Source: Promethearchaeota archaeon
GTDB lineage: Archaea; Asgardarchaeota; Lokiarchaeia; Sigyniarchaeales; SOKP01
Length of the DNA stretch: 64,000 bases
Direction: 5' to 3'
Assembly: GCA_048940445.1 (NCBI GenBank)
Contig: JBHLON010000009.1
Coordinates: forward strand, 22,871 to 86,870
The notes below the pieces were generated by a model that made no database searches, was not told the origin of the DNA, and saw only the letters and a program-made list of their open reading frames with translations. Positions 10,801 through 20,670 of this stretch are shown here, one piece after another. A program made the translations under genes and the position numbers. Numbering within the stretch: position 1 is the stretch's first letter; every line of letters starts with the position of its first letter.

Positions 10801-11885
10801 AATTATTCCTATATCTCGATAAAATACTTGTAAACTCAACTATAATACCTAGTCTTGGCGTTGGCATGAGTCAATCCATCGAATATATATGGACTCCCAC
10901 TGAATATAGAGCGTATAACTTTACTGCGATAGCCCCTGCTGTTCCATTGGAGTCATACCTCGACAATAATAGGATAACTAATATTATATACATAATAGAG
11001 ACGAAATTATTTGATGGATTGTATATAAAGCATATTTTCAACCTTATGGGAACCATTTATAACACAAATGTGACATATAGTTATTATAACGGCAGGCTAT
11101 TCTATGAAACTTTGAATCTCGAATATATGGGGATGACAATGGCTTATCCGTGGATGGTTGACGCGTTAACGCGAGTAATGTCAGGGGCTTCATTATTCGG
11201 AAATGGTCAGCATAGCCCATTTTGGTTATTTACCGATATTTCGCTTTATGACACCATCCCGATAGGAATCTTCGGTGAAGGAGACCATAACTTTTACGTT
11301 GCAAGAGATTTGATCTATAACCTCCCAGGATTTGGTCCAGTGGACGTATGGGAACTCGAAGATTTAACTCAACCCGGTGGACTTGCGTGGTATGAGAAGA
11401 GCACAGGAATTCTATTAAGTGGTACATTTTTTTTTGGAGGAGGTGTAGGTAATTACACTTTCGATTTTGTTGATACTAACACGAATTTAGCCGTTGTGGA
11501 ATCACAACCTCCCGGAAATTTCACCTTGTCTTCGAATGCAGGTAGTCCTGATACGGACGGAAATTTCGATCTAGTGTGGACGGCGTCTTCCGGAGCCGAT
11601 GATTATTCCATTTATCGCAGTTCTAGCTTTATTACAACAATTACTGGGAGTTTAACTTTATTAGCAGACGATATTTCCGCTCTTAGTATGGCATTAAGCG
11701 GCTATGCAGATGGCACATACTATTTTATAGTGGTTGCACACAATAGTATGGGAGATACTCTTTCAAATTGTATATCGGTCACGGTATCTAAACCAGGAAT
11801 TCCAGGTTATAATGTTATGGTCATTAGCGCTGTGCTAGGTATTACTGTAGCTCTAATTATTAAAAAAAAGTATAGAATGAAGTAA
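7866..11885 (+). CDS. Family-5 (Opp/Dpp) substrate-binding protein fused to FN3-like and CARDB-like repeats, with a Loki-CTERM-type anchor
   Basis: Signal/TM N-terminus; TIDPVDAWD, KLREGVLFHDGTPFNASA.KWNFDR, IGTGPF and GWMPDY motifs; C-terminal IPGYN+TM+KKKYRMK. Confidence 0.9.
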   Translation: MKQNYFRLVIFLILITLFTNPIFFLSFSGIDKKSFSLINETPTYFDTSNGADYYHFKVGTINEPYTIDPVDAWDSGSYNVLKQVVETLFAYDLNDPNLPRINRLAESYWWLDTTTLQVKLREGVLFHDGTPFNASAAKWNFDRLLYLTNCSGTNTGNVTATQTLWMLPDGVTPIISDVSAVGDWNITITLNAPYAAFIDLLSFINAAMLSPTSTSTNQLIDLSSGQVIGTGPFKYEYYLSGIEVYFTRWDNYWQTPAFFEEMSFIFFPDSPTLNNAMLSYDIDYLLNPLYAFFPSFDADPNITLKRYSDDTGKTGFTYYFLGFNNQLYNVTWRKVMSLAINYTYMLDEILIGNAIRANSPISPSFGDAYNASAMAANFDIATARLIMQSMGFGVGFTTDAEWIAQAEGSSPFLTLNFTYNLGNVIRADMYSMLNNDFKLLGIKLEEAALSYSDYINRLFNIDDGWNKLCTFISGWMPDYLEPYNMLYPLFTPGSLGNPGQVDDPWLNAQLALAINTLDDNARNDIYKDIQSYLAEVGYFQAPLYHPKIYFVHLSDIQGVPYHALGELYAYPIHRALPSTFLLSSDAGVPDNDGNFNINWTASMGATNYSVYEYSSYITEINGSLTSLADEITDLGLYLSGYPDGTYYFIVVAHNEYGDTLSNCISVTVALPLNHDLEVDLLLPSSIDVNMSYIIYAMVENIGLNDETGVQLFLYLDEVLVNSTPTFDLDVGQTVIIQYNWTPSEYRAYNFTVYAPPVPLESYVDNNIQTRFAYVVKAGWLDGLYITHRFGQMGAFYETNFSYVPYIGGLYNESFEIAGMVNYTWQVDPQTRVMSGGSLFGDGYHTPAWIFTNTSLYDIIPIAVDGDGDHDFYVAREFLYDLSGFGLVEVWELEDLTEPGGLAWYEKSTGILLNGTFFYGGGVYYYVFEFVDTNANFKYIVFDHEIKVFLDIPSIVEANNSYVITATVINNGLYSEADVELFLYLDKILVNSTIIPSLGVGMSQSIEYIWTPTEYRAYNFTAIAPAVPLESYLDNNRITNIIYIIETKLFDGLYIKHIFNLMGTIYNTNVTYSYYNGRLFYETLNLEYMGMTMAYPWMVDALTRVMSGASLFGNGQHSPFWLFTDISLYDTIPIGIFGEGDHNFYVARDLIYNLPGFGPVDVWELEDLTQPGGLAWYEKSTGILLSGTFFFGGGVGNYTFDFVDTNTNLAVVESQPPGNFTLSSNAGSPDTDGNFDLVWTASSGADDYSIYRSSSFITTITGSLTLLADDISALSMALSGYADGTYYFIVVAHNSMGDTLSNCISVTVSKPGIPGYNVMVISAVLGITVALIIKKKYRMK
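9591..11787 (+). repeat. Intragenic A-B-B-A domain repeats
   Basis: A (about 9591-9869 and 11508-11787): P..F.LSS.AG.PD.DGNF...WTAS...DGTYYFIVVAHN..GDTLSNCISVTV. B (about 9882-10673 and 10689-11489): H(D/E)..V.L..PS...WTP.EYRAYNFT...VWELEDLT.PGGLAWYEKSTGILL.GTFF; nucleotide similarity between the B copies is still visible. Confidence 0.9.
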
Positions 11886-12010
11886 TTCTCCATTATAAAT
11901 TCTTTTTTTTTATTTTAAAATGAAATGATAGATTATGTTTTTCTAATCATTTGTTAGTAAATATTTATATTTTGATTATAAATAGAGAAAAGTGGAAGGA
12001 GTTTAATATG

Positions 12011-12763
12011 TTAGTTACTTCCCCTCTTTCCAATAACTCCTACATAAATAGCTGTTTCAGTAACCCCATCGATTCCAATTGACTTGTTTATCTCATCATC
12101 ATAAATGGCCCCTATAGTACAGGCTCCTAACCCTAGAGCCTCAGCAATCAAATAAAAATTTTGACCAATATGACCTACATCCATATAAATATAACGATAA
12201 CATCTCTGAAGATATTTCCATTTAGATCTTTCAATGATAGCTGTCCATACAATATTTAAGGCAGAATTAAACGCTAATTGTTGATCTAAACACCCTCTCA
12301 TAATTTCAGACCGGAAATCTCCTTCCCTTAATAACTCAACGCTATGATTTGGTATGTTATAATGATAAATTCCCCTCTCGATACCTTCAACATTATTGAT
12401 CACTGGGTAAGTTTCAATGGGATACAAGCCTCCTGCTGAAGGGACTGTTCGAAATGCAAATTGTGGGAAAATTCGAGTTAGACCTGTTATCCCAAATAAT
12501 AGAAGACTTAATTGTGGCAGCGTAATTGGATTATTTTTAAACTTTCGAATAGACTTCCGATTTAAAATGACATCCCAAAAGCTTATTTTTTTATCAAATT
12601 TTGGTGTGGGTAATTTTATAATTCTTACTGCATCAGGGTATGATTTATAGGTTTCAGGTTTATTTATCCAATCTAATCTATGATGAGGCAATTTATCGCG
12701 GAAATATTTTGATTTTTGTTGAAACTTATCTCCGTATGCATCTAGATTATTGTTCATATACAA
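12011..12763 (-). CDS. SagB/ThcOx-family nitroreductase-like dehydrogenase
   Basis: RKSIRKF, RTVPSAGGLYP.E, GIYHY, YRYIYMDVGHIGQNFYL and LGACTIGA motifs. Confidence 0.9.
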   Translation of the reverse strand: MYMNNNLDAYGDKFQQKSKYFRDKLPHHRLDWINKPETYKSYPDAVRIIKLPTPKFDKKISFWDVILNRKSIRKFKNNPITLPQLSLLLFGITGLTRIFPQFAFRTVPSAGGLYPIETYPVINNVEGIERGIYHYNIPNHSVELLREGDFRSEIMRGCLDQQLAFNSALNIVWTAIIERSKWKYLQRCYRYIYMDVGHIGQNFYLIAEALGLGACTIGAIYDDEINKSIGIDGVTETAIYVGVIGKRGSN

Positions 12764-12873
12764 TTAGATTAACAGAACCTTAAAAATTTTAATTTAATAT
12801 ATTAAAAGAAAATTAACTAATGATATCTAGTCTATTGCTAATCCTTATAAAATAAAGTAATTTAAGATAATTT

Positions 12874-13272
12874 ATGGCTAAAAAAAAGAAAAATCCCATA
12901 ATATTTGAAAGAATGTACTTTCAACTAAAAGTAGCTGATATTGAACGAGCGAAAAAATTTTATGAGGAAATCTTCAACTTTGATCTCTCTTGGTATATGT
13001 CTCCCGAGGCTGGCTGGTGTGAATTTGATTTACCAGGTGGAACTCCAAGACTTGGGTTAAATACTATTGCAGAAGGTGAGAAGGTTATTCCTGATTCTGG
13101 TACTTTTACAATAGAGGTACAAAATATAGAACAAACAAAAAAATACTTAGAAGAAAAAGCTATTGAAACTTCTGAAATAACTGACATACCAAATATGGTT
13201 TCTTACTTCAATATGACGGATTCAGAAGGAAATAGAATTCAGATAGTATCTGAACCTAGGATTAAAGAATAA
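12874..13272 (+). CDS. VOC/glyoxalase family protein
   Basis: VADIERAKKFYEEIF and F..TDSEGNRIQI motifs. Confidence 0.88.
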   Translation: MAKKKKNPIIFERMYFQLKVADIERAKKFYEEIFNFDLSWYMSPEAGWCEFDLPGGTPRLGLNTIAEGEKVIPDSGTFTIEVQNIEQTKKYLEEKAIETSEITDIPNMVSYFNMTDSEGNRIQIVSEPRIKE

Positions 13273-13300
13273 TCTAATTTCATCAATAGCGGTTTTACCT

Positions 13301-14521
13301 TCATTGAGCTGCCAGCATTTCCATAAAAGCTTCAAGACGAGTTAATATTTGACCATATGAATAATTCCTTTCATCGATGCAATCAACATCAAGATGAATC
13401 AGTGGAACCCCTACTTTTTGAAGCGCTTCTTTAAATAATACCCTAGCACCTGAGGATTGCCGACAACCCCAATGTGCAGGGTTAATTGCACCATCTACGT
13501 TAAATTCCTTTGCTAATTGCGTAAGTACCTTAAGCCGGCGTTCTACAGGACCAACTAAGGGGTGAGTAATTACTCGATATGCAAGACTCCTTAGAGGGTC
13601 GTTATTATCTAGATTATCCCACCAAATGTGATTTAATTCATCGATTACTACATTTGCACCATATTTTTCCTCCAGAATATCTAAAAGGTCCGTTTTAAAC
13701 TGTATTCTATTCTGAATCCAAAGTAACCGATAATTCTCTTTTGGTAAACCAAATATGTTATTATTAATTCTATTTTGAAATTCATCTCGATAAAGTTTAG
13801 CAACTTCAACTCCTTCCTTGGTTCCTAAAAGAAGAATAAAAATTATAAAATTTTTTAAATCATTAGAAGTAGAAGGACTGGGAACATGTTTACAGAGTTC
13901 CTCTACCTCTAATAGATATTCTCTAGCTTGATTATTATAGTCTATGGTATGCTTAAGTTTCTGATAATCTAATTTACGTCCCGTATTTTCTTCAATATAA
14001 TCGATCATTTGTTCATATTGTTCAACTAAGTAATCCACAGATTTAGAGGTTATTTCAATTGGAATATTAAGAATGAATACCTCCTTATTGAAGATTTCAC
14101 CTATGCGCTTTAATGCTTTTACACCACCATTACATGGGATACTTGCTCCTATAAGTATCTCCGGTTCAGGAATAAGACCATCCATGGCTGCTCCTATTAT
14201 TGTTCTGTGATATGAGCAACTATCTGTAGAATAGCCTTTACTTTCAGCTAGTTCAAAATATTTTCGAGCCATCCCAGTTCCAGAAAGCATTGCTCCAAAA
14301 AATTCAACAAACATACCTGAAACATTCATAGAGTTTAAGATTTCGTATGGTACAAAAACGGTTGTCCATCCAGTGGACCAATCATCATTAAAAATACGAG
14401 AACCGATACGAGCTATTTCATATACAAATTTTCTACGAGCAGTTAATTTTGACTCCATCTTTTGTTTTAGAGCAGACTCCAGTTGGAAAAAATACTTTTT
14501 TAATATATTATGATCAACCAT
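13301..14521 (-). CDS. 2-hydroxyacyl-CoA dehydratase subunit (HgdA/FldB/HadB-like)
   Basis: GYSTDSCSYHR, PCNGG.K, VDGAI..HWGCRQ, DVDCID and TRLEAFMEML motifs. Confidence 0.88.
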   Translation of the reverse strand: MVDHNILKKYFFQLESALKQKMESKLTARRKFVYEIARIGSRIFNDDWSTGWTTVFVPYEILNSMNVSGMFVEFFGAMLSGTGMARKYFELAESKGYSTDSCSYHRTIIGAAMDGLIPEPEILIGASIPCNGGVKALKRIGEIFNKEVFILNIPIEITSKSVDYLVEQYEQMIDYIEENTGRKLDYQKLKHTIDYNNQAREYLLEVEELCKHVPSPSTSNDLKNFIIFILLLGTKEGVEVAKLYRDEFQNRINNNIFGLPKENYRLLWIQNRIQFKTDLLDILEEKYGANVVIDELNHIWWDNLDNNDPLRSLAYRVITHPLVGPVERRLKVLTQLAKEFNVDGAINPAHWGCRQSSGARVLFKEALQKVGVPLIHLDVDCIDERNYSYGQILTRLEAFMEMLAAQ

Positions 14522-14530
14522 AGTTGACTA

Positions 14531-15595
14531 TCACATCCCTTTTTTTAACATCTCTGAAAATGCCTCAATTCTAGTCTTTAATTGGTTAATACTTCCTAGC
14601 GTTCCATCACTCTCAATAAATAATACATTTAATCCTTCATCCATCAATATTTCTTTTAATTTTGGTACATCATATAAATATGTATCACAAAACTTCAATG
14701 AATGATGAATAATTCCATTAACCTTGAACTCTCTGGACTTCATTATCAAATTCTCTGCTCGTTTTTCTACTTTCATCATACGTGCGCAGGGAGTCTTATA
14801 TAAATAAGCCTCACTCAACGAACTTAAAAGATCTTTAGATTTCCTTATATTTAGATCAAAAAATTTACCTCCAGAGCAAACATCCTCAAATACAACATTT
14901 AAATCACAATCTTCAATGAACGAGATGAAATCTGTATCATGAATGGGACTTCCTGACAAAAGTACTCTAGGTTTTTTATTTTCTGGAGAAGTATTATTCC
15001 GAATTTTTAGTAATTTTTCATTTGTACTTTTATTCCATAATTTTGGATCTGATTTAAAGAACTTAGTTATTAAGTTATTAACTTCACTTCCTCTTATCAG
15101 AGGTGGATTGTCCAACCTTAAAGAATTAAGTTTATGAAATAATAATCGAGATTCCATAAATAAATCTATAGATTCTTCAAGTACCTTATCTTGAATAAGA
15201 TTTGATGTGTATTTTTCCAAAGCAACTTTTAATTTTTCGAATTCCTCTCTAATGTACCTTAACCCTAAAGACGAATAACCCATTGGTATGTCAAAGATAT
15301 AGATAAATTTTGAAGGAATGTATCTTTTCCAGAGATCATAAAGTCTTCTCATAGCATCACACGAATTAACAAAAATTACACCTTCAAGAAAATCATACCC
15401 TCCTTCTATTGCTACATCCACAGTAGATCTTACGAATTGACAAAAATTCGTATGGATATATGAGTCAGCATCTACTACGGGATTTGAATGGCCCACTATA
15501 CGATAAGGTAGAAATCCGGCAGCATATATCAATTCCAAAGGAGTATATGAACACACCCATCCCATTTGAGGTTTTTCGGAAGTATTAATTTTCAT
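14531..15595 (-). CDS. 2-hydroxyacyl-CoA dehydratase subunit (HgdB/FldC/HadC-like)
   Basis: CSYTPLELIYAAG, NFCQF, NSCDAMRR, EDVCSG, PCAR, KFCD and QLKTRIEAF.EML motifs. Confidence 0.88.
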   Translation of the reverse strand: MKINTSEKPQMGWVCSYTPLELIYAAGFLPYRIVGHSNPVVDADSYIHTNFCQFVRSTVDVAIEGGYDFLEGVIFVNSCDAMRRLYDLWKRYIPSKFIYIFDIPMGYSSLGLRYIREEFEKLKVALEKYTSNLIQDKVLEESIDLFMESRLLFHKLNSLRLDNPPLIRGSEVNNLITKFFKSDPKLWNKSTNEKLLKIRNNTSPENKKPRVLLSGSPIHDTDFISFIEDCDLNVVFEDVCSGGKFFDLNIRKSKDLLSSLSEAYLYKTPCARMMKVEKRAENLIMKSREFKVNGIIHHSLKFCDTYLYDVPKLKEILMDEGLNVLFIESDGTLGSINQLKTRIEAFSEMLKKGM

Positions 15596-15642
15596 ATTTT
15601 TTACTTATCTTAACTTGAATCCCCTAATCTATGAATAAAAAT

Positions 15643-15670
15643 TTATACTAAATTAATAATTTTAGTATAA
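15643..15670. promoter_or_regulatory. Inverted repeat, candidate operator in a divergent promoter
   Basis: TTATACTAAA-N8-TTTAGTATAA, with perfect 10-bp arms, between the dehydratase genes and the CoA ligase. Confidence 0.5.
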
Positions 15671-15738
15671 TTTTATTAGAAAATTATTAATAAAAGTTGT
15701 AACAATAGATTAAATTATAAATTAAAAAAGGTGCAAAT

Positions 15739-17376
15739 ATGGTTAAATTTAAACGAGGACATCTTTACTATCCAGAAATTCCAATCTATAAAATTTTAGA
15801 AGATACAGCGGAGAGATTTCCAAAGCGATTTGCGTTCCTATATCCAGAGGAAATGACATTTAAGCAATTTAAAGAACAAGTGGACGTATTTGCTACAGTA
15901 TTAAACAACCTTGGAATAAAGAAGGGAGATCGAGTTGCTTTATATGGACCAAATTCAATCCAATGGGCAATTTGTTTTTACGGATTAGAGAAAGCAGGAG
16001 GCATCTTGGTTCCTATGAATCCATTATTTAAAGAGGTTGAAGTAGAATATGAACTTAATGATTCGGGAGCAGAAACTATAATAGTTTTCCAACCATTATA
16101 TCCTAATGTAGCAGCAGTTAAAGATAAAACGAAACTCAAGAATATTATTATCCTCGAATCAGAGAGAAATCCTGAAACACCAGATTCAACTATTGGGTTT
16201 TCAGAGATAATGAAAAATACCAAACCAAATCCTCCAAATTACACTTTCAATCCTAAAGAAGATCTTGCTACATTAGTATATACAAGTGGTACAACAGGGT
16301 TGCCAAAAGGAACTATGCTTACCCATTATAATCTGGTATCCAATGTACTTCAAATATCTCAGATCTTTGAATTAAGTGAATTAGATGTTGCTATAGCTGT
16401 ACTTCCACTTTACCATATCTATGGATTAAGTGTGTGTATGAATCAAGCGGTCTGGATAGGAGCAGCACAAGTGATCACTCCGCGATTTGAGGTAAAGCAA
16501 TTCTGTGAACTCATTGAAAAGTATAAAGTTACCTATAGTTTATGTGTTCCTCCCATATTTCTCGCCGTTGTTCGTCATCTAGAAAATGAAAATGTGAAAG
16601 GATATGATTGGTCTAACCTTAAAATCTTCAATAATGGAGCTGCACCTATTGCTCTAGAACTTCTTGAAAGATTCGATAAATTAGCTAAAGAAAAATGTAA
16701 TGCAAAAGAAGTAGCGGTTCAACATGGTTGGGGATTAACAGAAGCGTCTCCAGTTGTTGCAGTAAATCCCATGTACCGTCGTAAAATGGAATCGCAAGGG
16801 ACTTTAATTCCCGATACATTTCATAAGATTATTGATTTAGAGACTGGCAGAGAATTGCCAGAAAGCGGACAAGTCGGTGAATTAGTAATTAAAGGGCCTC
16901 AAGTAATGAAAGGTTATTGGAATAAACCTGATGCTACAGACGAAGCCTTTTGGATCGATCCCCATACTGACCAAAAATGGTTAAGAACAGGTGATATGGC
17001 ATATATCGATGAAGAGGGATATGAACATTTACTTGATCGCATAAAAGAGATGATAAAATATAAAGGATGGAGCATTGCACCTGCAGAAATTGAAGATTTA
17101 CTTTTTAAAAATCCAGATGTATTTGATGCAGCCGTAATAGGTAAACCATCAAAAGAATTAGATATAGGCGAAATTCCGAAAGCTTTTATCATTCTGAAGC
17201 CAGAATCTAAGGGTAAAGTTAATGAACAAGATATTATAGATTGGGTTGCTGAAAGAATTTCTGCCTATAAAAAAATACGGGAAGTTGAATTTGTAGATAC
17301 AATTCCAAAATCAGGTTCAGGTAAAATCCTAAGACGAGAATTAGTCAAACAAGAAAAAGAAAGATTGGAGTTATAA
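15739..17376 (+). CDS. AMP-forming acyl-CoA synthetase (long-chain/aryl acid-CoA ligase family)
   Basis: YTSGTTGLPKG, GWGLTEASP, GPQVMKGYW, RTGD and IPKSGSGKILRR motifs. Confidence 0.93.
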   Translation: MVKFKRGHLYYPEIPIYKILEDTAERFPKRFAFLYPEEMTFKQFKEQVDVFATVLNNLGIKKGDRVALYGPNSIQWAICFYGLEKAGGILVPMNPLFKEVEVEYELNDSGAETIIVFQPLYPNVAAVKDKTKLKNIIILESERNPETPDSTIGFSEIMKNTKPNPPNYTFNPKEDLATLVYTSGTTGLPKGTMLTHYNLVSNVLQISQIFELSELDVAIAVLPLYHIYGLSVCMNQAVWIGAAQVITPRFEVKQFCELIEKYKVTYSLCVPPIFLAVVRHLENENVKGYDWSNLKIFNNGAAPIALELLERFDKLAKEKCNAKEVAVQHGWGLTEASPVVAVNPMYRRKMESQGTLIPDTFHKIIDLETGRELPESGQVGELVIKGPQVMKGYWNKPDATDEAFWIDPHTDQKWLRTGDMAYIDEEGYEHLLDRIKEMIKYKGWSIAPAEIEDLLFKNPDVFDAAVIGKPSKELDIGEIPKAFIILKPESKGKVNEQDIIDWVAERISAYKKIREVEFVDTIPKSGSGKILRRELVKQEKERLEL

Positions 17377-17390
17377 ATAAAAATATGATA

Positions 17391-18188
17391 TTATGGAAGA
17401 GACATAATCCTCTTTATCTTTAACCTTATTGGATATGCAATTTTAGGGCGTTTAGAAATAAAGGAAGCATCAAAATCTTTACTCATACGTTTAGCAATCT
17501 CAAATGGAATACCCATTGATAAGTAATTCTGTGGAAACCAATTATTTCCTGTGGGATCAGTCGGTCCAACAATAATACAATTCTTTGGACCTTTTTCGGT
17601 TAACCCTGCTGGATAGGATACAAAAGAAGCACAGGAAGAACCCCATGGAATTATAATATTAAAATCTAACTCTGAGCCAAAGAATGCTAATGAACATAGA
17701 TTTCTTATTTGTTCCGAAATTCCAAAACAAATAAATGCTCTAACATTAAAATCTTGCTCATCTATAGAATTATATTTTCGAATCACAGTGTAGTTCCCTA
17801 GGGATGTAACTTTACCAATAGAATTTATTCTCTGTTCAGCAAGATCAGGATTTGCTATTAAAAATTCCGCAGCTCCGCCTCTATAATCTTTTGATCCGGT
17901 TGAAAGAAAGTACTTTAACATTGGTACAAAGGCTTTATAACCAAACCACGCCTGACCCCCTGGACAACATCCCTCTAATGTATCATTTCCAATATATATT
18001 GAATTAATCTCTTTACTAATTGATAAATCAAAAATAGCTTTGGCAATGCACCGATTAATCTTATTTATCGGAACAGCGTTCTCAGGAAAAGATTCGGAAC
18101 CATATATGCACAACGGACTTGCTTGTAGTTTTCCTGCTTGTACTAATTTCAATCCAATTTCTTTAATTGTGAAATTCATCATATTCAT
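17391..18188 (-). CDS. DUF169-like protein
   Basis: GCCPGG..WFG, PWGSSC and IVGPTDPT...LSMGIP pattern. Confidence 0.6.
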   Translation of the reverse strand: MNMMNFTIKEIGLKLVQAGKLQASPLCIYGSESFPENAVPINKINRCIAKAIFDLSISKEINSIYIGNDTLEGCCPGGQAWFGYKAFVPMLKYFLSTGSKDYRGGAAEFLIANPDLAEQRINSIGKVTSLGNYTVIRKYNSIDEQDFNVRAFICFGISEQIRNLCSLAFFGSELDFNIIIPWGSSCASFVSYPAGLTEKGPKNCIIVGPTDPTGNNWFPQNYLSMGIPFEIAKRMSKDFDASFISKRPKIAYPIRLKIKRIMSLP

Positions 18189-18291
18189 TTACAATTTTTT
18201 ACATTTAATATTTTTTCAAATGAGCATAAACTTCAATTTAATATTATGCTCTATCAACATTTAATATTACCAGAAAAACATTAATTAATAT

Positions 18292-19038
18292 TTAATCAAT
18301 ATATTTCTTTCCATATTTATTGCTATATATAAAATCTTCTTTTTCTCTTCGGACTCTTAAATATTTGCGGGTCTTAGAAAGAGCGTAGCCTAATCTGGCA
18401 CTAAAAGCAATTTTCATTTGATTGGGAATATTCAGAATAGTTTTTATCTCTTGTTCGACACCATCTGTACTTAGAGCAGTTATCACGTGAAAAGCAATTC
18501 CCAAGGACTCCGCCATTAGCCACATATTTTCCATAACACACCCGAGACCCATAATGCCCAAGAAATCCCCTTTTGATGCAGGCGCTCTTTTGGTTGGATC
18601 ATATAATATGATAAGAAGAATTGGATTTGACTGTATAAATCTTCCAATAGATGAAACCACTTTTTCGCGGGATTCTTTATCGAGGGTTGGGTTTCTTAAT
18701 AACGCAGGAGGAAACATTGTACCTAAGAGACCGACTTTTTTCTTCAAAAATTCCTCCTTCGAAAAAGAAAGTTGTTGATAATTTTCTCTGATAAATTCGT
18801 CTGAAATAGCATATTCTATATTACCAATCTTTTCTAGAATCTTCTTATTATCGATAACCATTATTTCGAAGTTCTGCATGTTATGAGGCGTTGGGGCCCA
18901 ACGAGCTGCTTCTAAAATCTGATCTAAACTTTCCCTTCTCAGAGAACGATTTGGATCAAATGAGGATCTCGTTGATTGCCTATTTTTTATTATATTTAGA
19001 ATATTATTATTCTTCATAGCGAATTTCCTTCTTTTCAT
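18292..19038 (-). CDS. Nitroreductase family protein
   Basis: IKNRQSTR, ILEAARWAPTPHNMQ, ENMWLMAESLGI and LGY motifs. Confidence 0.9.
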   Translation of the reverse strand: MKRRKFAMKNNNILNIIKNRQSTRSSFDPNRSLRRESLDQILEAARWAPTPHNMQNFEIMVIDNKKILEKIGNIEYAISDEFIRENYQQLSFSKEEFLKKKVGLLGTMFPPALLRNPTLDKESREKVVSSIGRFIQSNPILLIILYDPTKRAPASKGDFLGIMGLGCVMENMWLMAESLGIAFHVITALSTDGVEQEIKTILNIPNQMKIAFSARLGYALSKTRKYLRVRREKEDFIYSNKYGKKYID

Positions 19039-19041
19039 AAC

Positions 19042-19254
19042 TTAATAATTCATTCTACTAAACACTTGGTGAAAATTGCTTTTTGATGTCGTCCTCAAAC
19101 CTTCGGCTTCGCTAACGTCAGCGTCTTTTAATTTCGTTTCTCTTCTTCCACAAATAATGACTTCGTTATCAGCATTTAAGAAGTGTTCTGCAAGGGAGAA
19201 TGCTATACCCGTTGCTCCACCGGTTATCAAAATCGTGTTTTTAGTGATTTTCAT
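19042..19254 (-). pseudogene. Truncated DltE-like short-chain dehydrogenase fragment
   Basis: MKITKNTILITGGATGIAFSLA..F....NEVIICGRRE.KL is an SDR N-terminus. The frame ends after 70 aa with no YxxxK and abuts the next gene. Confidence 0.75.
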
Positions 19255-19563
19255 AAATGTACTTATGAGATTGATAATTTAAAGTTATTATCTTAATTTT
19301 GTTAATTTGAAAAGGTAATTTATTGTTTTATTTTCAAATTTTATTTTAATAACATACTTTCAACGAAATTGTTGATAATAGTTATTTTAATTTTTTATGA
19401 GAAAAATTAATAAAAGTAAATAAAATTCAATCAGAATATTTTTTTTAAAGACAAAATAAATATATTTGGTTCTCAATTTATTAATTTTGGTAATTGTTGT
19501 TGATACTAAAAATTACATCTTTTAATATCTTTAAGTTCCTAAAAGTAATTGTGAAATATAACT

Positions 19564-20628
19564 ATGACAGAAACTACAGAGACTCCTAAAAAACTCTCAA
19601 ATCTGGATAAGTTCCTTACACTATGGATATTCATAGCAATGGTTATGGGTATTTTGCTTTCTTACTTCATCCCCAGTTTTGAACAATTTCTTTCAATATT
19701 TCAAGTAGGTTATACAAATATACCAATTGCAATTGGGTTAATCTTAATGATGTATCCTCCTCTCGCCAAGGTGCATTATGAGGAATTAGGAGACGTATTT
19801 AAGGATAAAAAAGTTTTAGGTTTGGCTTTAATTCAAAATTGGTTAATTGGACCGTTTTTAATGTTCGTGCTCGCCATTATATTTCTAGGGAACTATCCAG
19901 GATATATGGTTGGAGTCATTCTTATAGGGCTTGCTAGATGTATTGCAATGGTTATTGTATGGAACGATTTAGCGGGAGGTAGTCGTGAATATGCTGCTGG
20001 TTTGGTAGCATTTAATAGCATATTTCAAGTAATCTTTTATAGCGTGTTTGCATGGTTTTATATTACATTATTACCCCATCTACTTGGTCTTCAATCTAAT
20101 GTTGTTAATATAGGAATAGGATCAATTGCAGAAAGCGTAATTATTTATCTGGGAATTCCATTTACGTTAGGATTTCTTACTCGTACTATATTGGTTAAAA
20201 AGAAAGGGCATGAATGGTATGCTAAAAAATTTATCCCTAAAGTAAGTCCAATCACATTAATTGCTCTCTTATTCACCATCATAGTAATGTTTGGGTTAAA
20301 AGGAAATATAATTGTATCAATTCCGTTAGATGTAGTTAAAATAGCTATTCCTCTGCTTCTTTACTTCATTTTGATGTTTTTGATCAGTTTTGCTCTGAGT
20401 AAAAAACTAGGTGCAGATTATCAGAAATCAACTAGTCTTTCGTTTACTGCTGCAAGTAATAATTTTGAACTCTCACTTGCTATTGCAGTATCAATATTTG
20501 GCTTAGGATCTAGTATTGCATTTGCTGCAGTCATTGGACCATTAATTGAAGTTCCCGTAATGATTTCCTTAGTAAATGTTGCAAAATTTTTCAAAAAGAA
20601 ATTTTATAGATCATCACTAAGAAGTTAG
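19564..20628 (+). CDS. acr3: ACR3-family arsenite efflux transporter
   Basis: [54 protein letters not shown] and [10 protein letters not shown] motifs. Confidence 0.95.
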   Translation: MTETTETPKKLSNLDKFLTLWIFIAMVMGILLSYFIPSFEQFLSIFQVGYTNIPIAIGLILMMYPPLAKVHYEELGDVFKDKKVLGLALIQNWLIGPFLMFVLAIIFLGNYPGYMVGVILIGLARCIAMVIVWNDLAGGSREYAAGLVAFNSIFQVIFYSVFAWFYITLLPHLLGLQSNVVNIGIGSIAESVIIYLGIPFTLGFLTRTILVKKKGHEWYAKKFIPKVSPITLIALLFTIIVMFGLKGNIIVSIPLDVVKIAIPLLLYFILMFLISFALSKKLGADYQKSTSLSFTAASNNFELSLAIAVSIFGLGSSIAFAAVIGPLIEVPVMISLVNVAKFFKKKFYRSSLRS

Positions 20629-20670
20629 ATAAATTGACTGTTTAATCTGAAGAAAAATCAACTTCAAAAA

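Noticed and set aside
12011-12763. SagB-like gene as a sign of a thiazole/oxazole RiPP cluster
   Set aside because: No YcaO cyclodehydratase or precursor peptide nearby; stand-alone SagB-like nitroreductases are common in archaea.
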